Positions 1-8,800 of a stretch of DNA of 64,000 bases are shown piece after piece (the stretch's first letter is position 1; every line of letters starts with the position of its first letter). Under the pieces are notes generated by a model, which made no database searches, was not told where the DNA came from, and saw nothing but the letters and a program-made list of their open reading frames with translations. Location: the NCBI GenBank assembly GCA_000002435.2, contig CM018793.1; one strand, given 5' to 3'. The position numbers and the translations under genes are program-made. The stretch is from Giardia intestinalis. Taxonomy: Eukaryota.

Positions 1-1895
1 ATCATATCGCTGCGGTAGAAGCCGTACTCTGTGATGTATTCAGAGATTTTCTGGTTCATGTTGCTAAAGTATGAAAGCCTGTCATCGTGCTCTATGGAGA
101 AGCCTGGCCACACTATTTTATAGTTGTCTATGTTCAAAAGAGTGACCATGTTAGTATTTGAAGAGGTCTCAAGACTCCTAAGGCCAATAACCAAGAACCC
201 CATAAGGCGCTTGCCGTAGAATGGAAATTCCGCGTAGACTGGTGTGGACATTGCTAGCACAGTTTCATTAGTCATCCAACCTGACTTGACGAGGGCAAGC
301 TTTATGCTATAGTGTTCTGGCCGTAGAAACTCTGATCCAATAAGGAGTTTGTGCCGATACCGATTAAGCAGAATGTTCCCTTGTGTGTTTGATCCAAATG
401 GTAAGTCGTAGTCTGGTGCGATAAGAGATGGTGTCACGCAGTTTATAAACTTAGACTTCTCCTCTGGCGGTAACTGGGACTTACAGTTTTCTACAATCTT
501 ACGGCAACGCTTGGAAACATCTCTGTCTGCTCTCCACGATAGTGTATAGTTAGACTCCTTGATGCATTGATAGAATGTAGAGCTACATCGTTCGGATAAA
601 ATCCGGTGTATCGTTATCATATCATCTAAATCAGTAACTTCTTGAAACAACTCTGCAGAGAAGAGCAGGGTTGTAAGATCCATGCACTGGATGTGCCCTC
701 GCATAAAGTTGGTAAAGTCTGTAAGATGCTTCTTAAGGTTTCTTGCAACTTGCTTACCATATGCATTTTCTGCTAGTACATCAGAAATCATTACAGAGTA
801 GTATGACAGATTATTGATCGAGCTAATGGCCGGGGTAGCATCTTCAACGATTCCGTAGCCAATATAGACAACTGATGTTGTTTTGTTCTTTATGTCTGTC
901 CCCACAAAGTCAGTAATAAGTGTAATGAGAGAATGGAGGGATACATAGTATCCTAGGTGTGAGGTTATTGGGTCAAAGTCTTGGATCTTCTTTAGTAGAG
1001 AGTTTAGAGTGGTAACAAGAGGCTCGGAACCTCCATCATTGATGACTTGTATCTCATAAGCTACAAAGGCTATACGTAGATTGACATTTAAGCTTATGGA
1101 GCTGGCATAAATGGAGGCCAAAAGCTTAATTTCGTTAAGCATCTCCACAGAAAGAAGCTCGGACCCGTCTAAGATCATGAGTATAGTATCTGTTTCAAAG
1201 TGTTGCCGTACAGATGAGAGTTGAAGGACATGTTGCTGATAAAGATCTTTTCTATACTGATAATTATCCGAAACGAATGAATTATCAGGACATGGATAGA
1301 TGATAGACATGTCATCTACAAGAGAATGGAAAGCAACAAAATCAGCCGTATTGACCGATTGATAAAGCTCCCTCAATTCGGCATAAAGGTTGTAGTAAGC
1401 GCTGATGTGCTTAGACGTCTCCACATTGGTATTAGTATCAGAAGAGACCAGAGCCACGTTCTGACAAACATCGGTATACTTCTTTTGTAGCTCAGATGGA
1501 ACACTGGTGCTCTCCATATGACAGAGGTTCTTCGGAGTCATTTCAACAAAGTCTTCTGACCGTTGAAGATAGATTCTCTTTTGCCTAGCAGATATTTGTG
1601 CATAGTTGCAGCTCTCTATAAGGTGTGAAACTTTTAGTTGAGCTCTGAGAAGATTGGCTTCAGAGCAATTTAAATTTAGAATATATTGAGTTAGAACGTG
1701 CGCATGAGACGTCTCAACAAGCACAGGAAGAACATCCGAAAGGACCTTGGCTTGGGAGGTCCCAACAATACTCTCCACCAATGTCTTATTGAATATCTTA
1801 TCGCTCATATCTCTTAGAACTTGTGTTTGAAAAAAGACAGCATCTTGATTGGCTGTGGCGTGCATGAGAAGAAACACCGCTGTAAAGAAGAGCAT
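1..1895 (-). CDS. Hypothetical secreted protein, partial (C-terminus lies beyond window start); N-terminal signal peptide MLFFTAVFLLMHATA, several N-glycosylation sequons
   Basis: Manual minus-strand translation from ATG (rc of cat at 1893-1895) reads open to position 1 with no stop. Hydrophobic N-terminus. AT-rich stretch upstream of the ATG. Absent from the ORF track only because it has no stop inside the window. Confidence 0.5.
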   Translation of the reverse strand, partial: MLFFTAVFLLMHATANQDAVFFQTQVLRDMSDKIFNKTLVESIVGTSQAKVLSDVLPVLVETSHAHVLTQYILNLNCSEANLLRAQLKVSHLIESCNYAQISARQKRIYLQRSEDFVEMTPKNLCHMESTSVPSELQKKYTDVCQNVALVSSDTNTNVETSKHISAYYNLYAELRELYQSVNTADFVAFHSLVDDMSIIYPCPDNSFVSDNYQYRKDLYQQHVLQLSSVRQHFETDTILMILDGSELLSVEMLNEIKLLASIYASSISLNVNLRIAFVAYEIQVINDGGSEPLVTTLNSLLKKIQDFDPITSHLGYYVSLHSLITLITDFVGTDIKNKTTSVVYIGYGIVEDATPAISSINNLSYYSVMISDVLAENAYGKQVARNLKKHLTDFTNFMRGHIQCMDLTTLLFSAELFQEVTDLDDMITIHRILSERCSSTFYQCIKESNYTLSWRADRDVSKRCRKIVENCKSQLPPEEKSKFINCVTPSLIAPDYDLPFGSNTQGNILLNRYRHKLLIGSEFLRPEHYSIKLALVKSGWMTNETVLAMSTPVYAEFPFYGKRLMGFLVIGLRSLETSSNTNMVTLLNIDNYKIVWPGFSIEHDDRLSYFSNMNQKISEYITEYGFYRSDM

Positions 1896-2630
1896 GCTCC
1901 GAAAGCTATATGATAACTAATGTAAGAAGCAGAAATGCGTTGGGGCTTTTTGAAAATGGCCCTACCCCGTGCCGGCCACGCGGCCTCTAGACCAGCGAGG
2001 CGAGGAGCTTCTTGATTCCTGGGCGCGCGCGGTAGCCATCAGACAGCTCGCGCAGCGGCGGAAACTGGTCCACGAGCTCCGGACACTCTGCGTCCGCATA
2101 ATACAGGACCTCCAGGACCGCGTAGTTCGAGTCGAGCGGTTCGAACGCCAGGCTCCGAAGGCTCAACACGTCTAGTTAGAATCCTGGTTTGTCGGTAGGC
2201 TGCAATGCACTCCGAGCGCGTCATCTCCACCCCCGTAGCCTGACTGCCTTTGGCAATGCTGCTAAATAGCTGGAAGTTCCTTACTTGATGCAAACATGCA
2301 GAGCGAGCGGTTTACATATCGGGAACTCTAGCTACTGGTTGGCTTTACAATGTGAATCACCTGCCCTGTGCATTTACAACTTCGCTTCTAGATTTTATTG
2401 CCAGAGGTTCAACTCCACAGGGCCCTACCTCCGTGTAAACTAGTGCAATGCTTCGTCGGAGAAGGGTACTTCAAGATATGTGCAAATAGATCCAAAGTTG
2501 TGACGTATTGATGTGAATTTGCTGTACACAATCTTGGGAATAACCTAGGTACGCTCTACTTCCAGTTGTAACTGGTTAACTAGCAGAATTCTCTTTACAT
2601 TTATAACATACTGGTAGCACAATCAACCAC

Positions 2631-2646
2631 TCTTTAAAATCACTGT
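2631..2646 (+). promoter_or_regulatory. AT-rich initiator-like element (tctttaaaatcactgt) immediately upstream of HCMP ATG
   Basis: Giardia promoters are short AT-rich elements within a few tens of bp of the ATG. This one directly abuts the start codon at 2647. Confidence 0.3.
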
Positions 2647-5600
2647 ATGCTGATTCTCCTGTATGCTACTGTATTCTTCGCCAGTGCATGCGGGACAGGA
2701 CCTGCATGTGTTAACGGAGACTGCGCCTACGGGGACGGAGCATACTTCTGCCAGTGCAGGCGGGGCTGGGCGGGGGCTGCGTGCGATGCTCCCCGTGCAG
2801 GGTTCTGCAGGGTAACTACTAATACTGGCAAGGCATCCACAGACAGGGCCGTCAACTACGCCTGCCTCGTTAACGAAACCGAATGCACAGGGTCGAGCAA
2901 GTGCACCTACTACGCGGGGGCGTACTCGTGCGACCCCTGTCCCGATGGCTTCGTGTCCTACGAGGGCGAGTGCCTGCCGAGGGGCTGCTTCAACACCGAC
3001 GACTTCTCAAACCAGGAGGCAACGAAGGCCCCCTGCAACGGCCGCGGCCGCTGCCTCCTGAAGGACCCCGGGCTGGCAGGGATGGATGCTGACGACTACG
3101 CGTGCGACTGCTACCCGATCTACCGCGGGAGCCTCTGCCAGTCGTGCGACGACGCCAACGCGATCGCTGCGGGAAGCTCTTCGTCTGATGCCCTCCCTAC
3201 GTGCAATGCGCGGGCCTGCCAGGACTCGGATGGCATCGTGTGCTCAGGCCAGGGAACGTGCATCCTCGACGTGGGCCTCGACCGCGAATCATATCACTAC
3301 CGCTGCAAGTGCAATGCTGGCTACACACGCGTTGGGCACAAGTGCGTCAGGACAGAGTGCGTGGCCACAATCGACGGGTCCCCGGTCGTCTGCGGGGGCT
3401 TCGGGAACTGCACAGATGAGGGCAATACCGGTACCTTCAAGTGCGTTTGCGATTCTAATGCAGTCCCGGTCGGTCAGTTTTGCACATATCCCGCGTGCAC
3501 AGACAGCGCTGCTACTGAGATCTGTGGTGGAGTGGGCGCCTGTGTGCGCAACGGGGCTGGCTATAAGTGCGATTGCCGAGGGCTTGCCACGGGCGACCTC
3601 TGTGATACTTGCACTCCTGGGAAATCCGCTCAGGTAGGCGACAAGTGCGTTCCAGTGGGGTGCCTCACCTCAAACAACCAGGAATCATGCAAGAACGGAG
3701 GAACATGCGTCAAGTCCGATGGCGAGTACCACTGCCGCTGCCCGGACATGCTCATTGCCGTCAGCGGAGAGTGCACGTCCCCCGCATGCATGGACGAGGA
3801 GCTGGGGAAGGTCTGCTCGGGACACGGTACGTGCAAGACGGACGATCTACGAAATATACAATGCACTTGTGGTCAGGACTATACTTATATCGCCCCGGGG
3901 CGCTGCATCCTAACAGCCTTGATGGACGGCGACCGAATCTGCAGCGGCCACGGCCACGTTAGCATCGACACCTCGGATCCTCCCACGATGACCTGCAGGT
4001 GCTCGTCGATCTACGAGGGGTCCAAGTGCGAGACCTGCAAGGCCTCTGTCGCCCAGGAGATCGAGGGCGAGTGCGTCCCAACCAAGTGCATTGTGGCACC
4101 CCAGCCCGGATCGCGAGCCACCACTCCCAGGGTCTGCGACGACCACGGCCAATACACGAAGTTCGGCGACCCGAGCGACCCGTTTGCCACGTGCACCCCC
4201 AAGGACCCCGACTCCGGGACCGTCTCCGCCTACAATGGCACCTTCCTTGCGAGGCCCGGGTGCGTGCATGTCAGCAAGGTAGACAGGACCAGGAGGTTTT
4301 ACTGCGGATTCCTGCAGGGACTGACAGACAACTTGCAGGAAGGCGTGGTAACGTGCAATACACAGAACGAGGGATCTGTGTCTGTTGAGACGTGCAATGG
4401 TTGCCCAGAGGGCTTTAAGCTTGTCCACTTCGGGGCAGAAGAGGGCTATAGAAAGACATGTATGCACGACAACTGCTACCACGGAACTGGCGCCAGCAGG
4501 ATGTGGTACGACTACTGCGGCGGGACCGGCGACTGCATCAAAGAGGGTGACACGTACAGGTGCGACTGCGGCCCCAGTGCCACTTGGAACGAGGGCCTGA
4601 AGGCGTGCGTCACCGAGGCGTGCAAGCTTGATAAAAAGCTCGCCGGCCCAGGGGCGCCCGAGTACTGCGCAGCGCCATCTAGCCTTACGCTCCACTGCAC
4701 CGTCGGCCGGGACGCGGCCTGGCAGTGCGATTGCCCCCAGGGCGACTACCTCACGTACAACAGGACGTGCATCCTGAGGAGCAAGAGCGCCAGCCCCACG
4801 ACTCATCGAGCAAGGGGGCTTTGCGGCGGCCCCGGGGCGGGCTTCCTGAGCGGCAGCGGGTCCTGCGTCTGCAACCCGGGCTTCCTCAAGATCGACGACA
4901 TGTGCTACAGCTATAACTGCTTGCCAGTTGGCGTGACATCTTCGGCTAGTCTGAAAGTTGATTCTCATGTCTGCTCCGGGAAAGGAATCTGCACGTACAA
5001 CCAGCTGACTGGTCGGTACGGCTGCGAGTGCGAAAGTGGCCTGGAGGCCTTCGGGGGTTACTGCACGCGTCCTGAATGTGTTGGGATAGTGATACATAAT
5101 GGAGAAATCAGGCACGTCGAGTGCAAGGTCTACGACGGGTCCGTGGGCAGCTGTACGCTAGACGCAAATACGAACACATATGCCTGTAGGTGTGGCGTCG
5201 GATACAAGGTTGCGTATGGCATTTGTGTCCACAGAGGGTGCATGCCGGACACCGTCTATTGCGGAGGAGACGCATTGGCTTCGTGTGTGAGAGGAGATGA
5301 TAGTCGCTACAGCTGCATCTGCTCTGAAGGCTACGAGCTGAGCGAGGAGCGAAACGAGCACGGGAACAAGGCCAAGTGTGTCCCAAGCAAATGCATGTAT
5401 AAAGCGTCCACAAGCAGCGCCGCTACCGAATGCAATGGCTTAGGGGCATGTAGCGGTGACGAGGTGCCTTTGTTAAAAAATAAGGAGTGCAGATGCATCG
5501 ATGGTGCAACCGAATATATGCTTAGAGACGCAAGCGGCGAGATGAAGAAAACATGCATGCTAGAAAAGTGCATCTCTCGTATGGATGGAGAGGTGCCAGT

Positions 5601-6012
5601 GATCTGTGGAGGCTCGGGTAGATGTGGACCTGGGGGGTGTATATGCGATCTGGGAACTGAGTTGGTTGGAAATACCTGTGTTGGTCTCAATTGCTTCATT
5701 AATACTAAGGATGCTGATGGACGAGTGACCAAATCGATATGTGGCGGTGACACGATTGGTGTGTGCACAAAGATAGCGTCGCACGGCGATCGTCGAGACT
5801 ACGCTTGTAAGTGCAAGGACCCGAGGCCTGACGGGTATGAAGAACTTGATGGGTTCTGTCTGCCAAAAGCTTGCATATTTGAAATCACAACCTTGACTAA
5901 TCAGCAGGTGAGGACGATGTGCGGTGGAAAGCAGTTTGGAACATGCGTTCTTAATGCTACTCAATCATCCAAGTCATACTGTAAGTGCATAAATCGATAT
6001 GACATTATTTAA
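2647..6012 (+). CDS. High-cysteine membrane protein (HCMP), N-terminal part: signal peptide plus ~1100-aa Cys-rich ectodomain (CxxC/CxC, EGF/furin-like repeats); ends at in-frame TAA
   Basis: ATG at 2647. Signal peptide MLILLYATVFFASACG. Extremely Cys-rich with repeated C-x2-C and G-x-C motifs. No TM and no CRGKA tail, so HCMP rather than VSP. TAA at 6010-6012. Confidence 0.75.
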   Translation: MLILLYATVFFASACGTGPACVNGDCAYGDGAYFCQCRRGWAGAACDAPRAGFCRVTTNTGKASTDRAVNYACLVNETECTGSSKCTYYAGAYSCDPCPDGFVSYEGECLPRGCFNTDDFSNQEATKAPCNGRGRCLLKDPGLAGMDADDYACDCYPIYRGSLCQSCDDANAIAAGSSSSDALPTCNARACQDSDGIVCSGQGTCILDVGLDRESYHYRCKCNAGYTRVGHKCVRTECVATIDGSPVVCGGFGNCTDEGNTGTFKCVCDSNAVPVGQFCTYPACTDSAATEICGGVGACVRNGAGYKCDCRGLATGDLCDTCTPGKSAQVGDKCVPVGCLTSNNQESCKNGGTCVKSDGEYHCRCPDMLIAVSGECTSPACMDEELGKVCSGHGTCKTDDLRNIQCTCGQDYTYIAPGRCILTALMDGDRICSGHGHVSIDTSDPPTMTCRCSSIYEGSKCETCKASVAQEIEGECVPTKCIVAPQPGSRATTPRVCDDHGQYTKFGDPSDPFATCTPKDPDSGTVSAYNGTFLARPGCVHVSKVDRTRRFYCGFLQGLTDNLQEGVVTCNTQNEGSVSVETCNGCPEGFKLVHFGAEEGYRKTCMHDNCYHGTGASRMWYDYCGGTGDCIKEGDTYRCDCGPSATWNEGLKACVTEACKLDKKLAGPGAPEYCAAPSSLTLHCTVGRDAAWQCDCPQGDYLTYNRTCILRSKSASPTTHRARGLCGGPGAGFLSGSGSCVCNPGFLKIDDMCYSYNCLPVGVTSSASLKVDSHVCSGKGICTYNQLTGRYGCECESGLEAFGGYCTRPECVGIVIHNGEIRHVECKVYDGSVGSCTLDANTNTYACRCGVGYKVAYGICVHRGCMPDTVYCGGDALASCVRGDDSRYSCICSEGYELSEERNEHGNKAKCVPSKCMYKASTSSAATECNGLGACSGDEVPLLKNKECRCIDGATEYMLRDASGEMKKTCMLEKCISRMDGEVPVICGGSGRCGPGGCICDLGTELVGNTCVGLNCFINTKDADGRVTKSICGGDTIGVCTKIASHGDRRDYACKCKDPRPDGYEELDGFCLPKACIFEITTLTNQQVRTMCGGKQFGTCVLNATQSSKSYCKCINRYDII

Positions 6013-6030
6013 ATAACAAATGGAAAGTGT

Positions 6031-7701
6031 ATGAAGAAAACCTGTCTTAGCGACTCTCTTTCTGGAGGTCCGGAGGGATACGTTGAATGTTCTGGGCATG
6101 GGAAGTGTATAGGGGATCATATTGTGGGGTACTCGTGCAATTGTGACGAAAATTATCAAACGGTTGCAGACGATCGCCGTTATTTGTGCGTACCGGCTGT
6201 CTGTGTTGTATCAGAGACAAATTCCAGTACTATATGCAACGGAAGAGGGACCTGTCAGTTCAAGACAGACCCAGGAAAGTGCGAGTGTAGGCCTGGGTAT
6301 GATGGTACCAAATGTGAGACGTGTGCAAATGGCTACAAGGAACACACAAATGCGCAATGCTACCTCAATGGCTGTCCGGCAGACAATTGTGGCACGGAGG
6401 AAAATACTAGCGTAGGAGCTTGCCAACTTAGCGGAAACAGTTTTGCTTGCGTCTGCGTCAACTCGAGCTTCGTCGTTGACAGTGCTAGCAAGAAGTGCCG
6501 AAAATCCAGATGCGTTTGGACGGATCCATACGATCAGACAGAAAAAACGTGCTACGGCATGGGTACGTGCAATGATAACGGCGAGGACACTGGGGCGTGT
6601 GTTTGCAACCCCGGGACAACCCTAGTCGGGACAAACATCTGTGTTTATAGCCAGTGCATCTCGGATGAGAACGGCTCTAAAACAGTGTGTAAGGGGCGCG
6701 GAGTATGCATCGCGAGCCTTGTGGCTGGCCAGGGAATGTGCCAGTGCAGTGATCAGTATCGCACAGACAAGAAGACCGGCCAGTGCTTTGTCAAGGAGTG
6801 CTTCGGGGCGCATGCAAGCATCTCTGCAGAGGTATGCGACGGTGGTGGAACGTGTAATGAAAATACTAAGAAGTGCGATTGTAATTCTGGTTTCCAAAAT
6901 CTTCCTGGCCAGAATGGCTGCGTGCACAGCAATTGTATTTCGTCGGACCAGAAGCTCTGCAGCGGCTTCGGCGCCTGCGAGAATAACAATGGCAATTACA
7001 TGTGTCTGTGTGCTAACTATTACACCCTGGTTGGAAGGGACTGCATCCCCACAAGGTGTCTCAAGGACGGGAAAGTCTGCAACGGCGGCGGCACGTGCTC
7101 CGGCGAGGGATTCTCTGCTACCTGCAGCTGCAGCCAGGGCTGGACCCTCCACGGGACCCTCTGCTACCCATCGGCCTGCGTTTCCGGCGGGACACTCTGC
7201 GGGGGGAATGGCAACTGTCCACTTTCCACAGATAGTACATGCGAGTGCAAGTATGGGTATGAAAGTGTTCTTGACCAGCTCTGCATCAGCAGCCAGTGCG
7301 TCCAGCGCGGCACCGACGGCACCGTGACGATCTGCGGGGGCAACGGCAGGTGCGTGTCTGAGAACGGCGTAAAGCCCACTTGCATATGCGATGAAGGCTT
7401 CTCTCTCACAAGCGACTTCGTCTGCGGAGTCCCTGCTCCATCTAACAAATCCTCGGGTGGCACGACGGCTGCGATCGTGGTCGTCGTCCTCCTCGTCCTT
7501 GCTGCGGTGGCCGGCTTCCTTGTCTGGTGGTTCGTGATACGGCCCAGGAGAGGCGGCCCACTGAGGGAGCGCGCCCCGCAGAAAGGCTCCAAGTCTTCCA
7601 GGTCCAAGCTCAAGCGGCAAGCAACTTCTAACGCATCACTCCACGCTGACGTGCCCCTGCTGAGTCAGCTGTCTGGTGCCAACTCCAGCATCCAGCTCTA
7701 G
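6031..7701 (+). CDS. HCMP C-terminal part: Cys-rich repeats, single TM (AAIVVVVLLVLAAVAGFLVWWFVI) and basic cytoplasmic tail; same frame as 2647..6012
   Basis: Starts 18 nt after the TAA and in the same reading frame. No signal peptide of its own. C-terminal TM plus RPRRGG... tail typical of type-I HCMPs. Confidence 0.7.
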   Translation: MKKTCLSDSLSGGPEGYVECSGHGKCIGDHIVGYSCNCDENYQTVADDRRYLCVPAVCVVSETNSSTICNGRGTCQFKTDPGKCECRPGYDGTKCETCANGYKEHTNAQCYLNGCPADNCGTEENTSVGACQLSGNSFACVCVNSSFVVDSASKKCRKSRCVWTDPYDQTEKTCYGMGTCNDNGEDTGACVCNPGTTLVGTNICVYSQCISDENGSKTVCKGRGVCIASLVAGQGMCQCSDQYRTDKKTGQCFVKECFGAHASISAEVCDGGGTCNENTKKCDCNSGFQNLPGQNGCVHSNCISSDQKLCSGFGACENNNGNYMCLCANYYTLVGRDCIPTRCLKDGKVCNGGGTCSGEGFSATCSCSQGWTLHGTLCYPSACVSGGTLCGGNGNCPLSTDSTCECKYGYESVLDQLCISSQCVQRGTDGTVTICGGNGRCVSENGVKPTCICDEGFSLTSDFVCGVPAPSNKSSGGTTAAIVVVVLLVLAAVAGFLVWWFVIRPRRGGPLRERAPQKGSKSSRSKLKRQATSNASLHADVPLLSQLSGANSSIQL

Positions 7702-8780
7702 CCCGCTGCCCGCAAGGTGTCGGTATTGGTAAGTCGACGGCGCGGATCTGCATACGAATGTAAATTGAAACGTAAGAGACGGGCCGGTTAGTGCTTAGAA
7801 CTGTCGGCGTGTTTTGCACGCTTGTCTGGGAACGGGATCGAGAGCGACTACTATAGTCCAGATGCAAGGTATAGGCGGAGGCCTTACTGCAGTACCTGCT
7901 CCCTGTCCTCAGGCAGAGGGACTCCTCGGACCAAGCCCTCCGCCACGTGGTCGTCGCATCCTATGTGTGCGCCTCTGTGCTCCTGTACGAGGGGCTCGTC
8001 CTGGGGAGGCTGCACTATATCGCAAACGAGTGTGCGGGCGGACGGGCGTTCCTGGTGCCTCAGACGACACCCTTCAGAGAGGTGGCCCTGGACCGACGCC
8101 TCGACAGACCGAAGCATCACCCCCAAGTGTGTTGTGCAGATGGACCAGCCCACACGTCACTGAGCCAGACACACTGCACAGAATGAGCGTCGACATGATC
8201 TCGTACTGGCTGACGGACCATCCACAAGAGCGCACTGCGATCATGAGCAGAGGGATGGGCCTCTCCCCTGATACCACCGCATGGGAGTACTCCATCGGCA
8301 TCCACGAACGCGTACTATGACTCCAGGATAGAGGCGCACGGGGAGCGCACCCCCGACAGCAGGGTCGATGGTCCACGTCATGGGGAGACGAAGAGGCACC
8401 CCGAGGAACGGGGTAGACACCCGGGGTCATAGCGTATCCCATCTTCGTCATGGAGCACCAGGGCCCGGGCCACGTGGAGACCAGATCGCCGCAACAGACG
8501 CAAGACCCTGAATAGCAGGTGCCCACCAGTGCCAGACGATAGTTGACTCCGATGGGCCAGAGGAAGGGAGGAACCCTAGAGGTAACGTGAGGAGCAGCGG
8601 CTTCCGGGGGAGCTGGGGCATAGGAGTTCTCCCGCCCGGATCGAGGGCGCCTGATCTTCGGACGCTGGGGCTGGACCCCGGACGGCGAGCGGGAGCCCTG
8701 CCCAGGGCGGTGGCGTTGCAGGGAGATTTACTCGGACAGCAGCTGCAAACTAACCTTGGTAAACAGAGTAAATGAAGCAA

Positions 8781-8800
8781 CTTTAAGAAAAACTCCATTC
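8781..8800 (+). promoter_or_regulatory. AT-rich initiator-like element (ctttaagaaaaactccattc) upstream of dynein ATG
   Basis: A-rich tract directly before the first in-frame ATG at 8801. The track ORF begins at a TTG at 8756. Confidence 0.3.

Larger units (their letters stand above)
2647..7701 (+). pseudogene. Possible single ~1680-aa type-I HCMP gene interrupted by one in-frame TAA (6010-6012): pseudogene, readthrough, or sequencing error
   Basis: Both ORFs are in frame 1. The upstream half has the signal peptide but no anchor. The downstream half has the TM anchor but no signal peptide. The intervening peptide ITNGKC continues the Cys-rich pattern. Confidence 0.4.

Noticed and set aside
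3910-5115. 401-aa minus-strand ORF antisense to the HCMP gene (also 6622-7620, 332 aa, and several 60-180 aa ORFs)
   Set aside because: GC-rich coding DNA leaves antisense frames open. The proteins are low-complexity (A/G/P/R-rich). The sense strand has the signal peptide and Cys-repeat logic.
7720-7735. ggtaagt resembling a 5' splice site downstream of HCMP
   Set aside because: Giardia introns use the GTATGT ... ACTAAC ... AG architecture, and no branch or acceptor partner is nearby. The motif lies in intergenic sequence.
8756-8800. Track ORF starts at TTG/GTG rendered as M (dynein 8756; RING gene 31585; membrane protein 63233; various small ORFs)
   Set aside because: Eukaryotic nuclear genes should initiate at ATG. 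CDS starts were moved to the first in-frame ATG: 8801, 31492, 63224.
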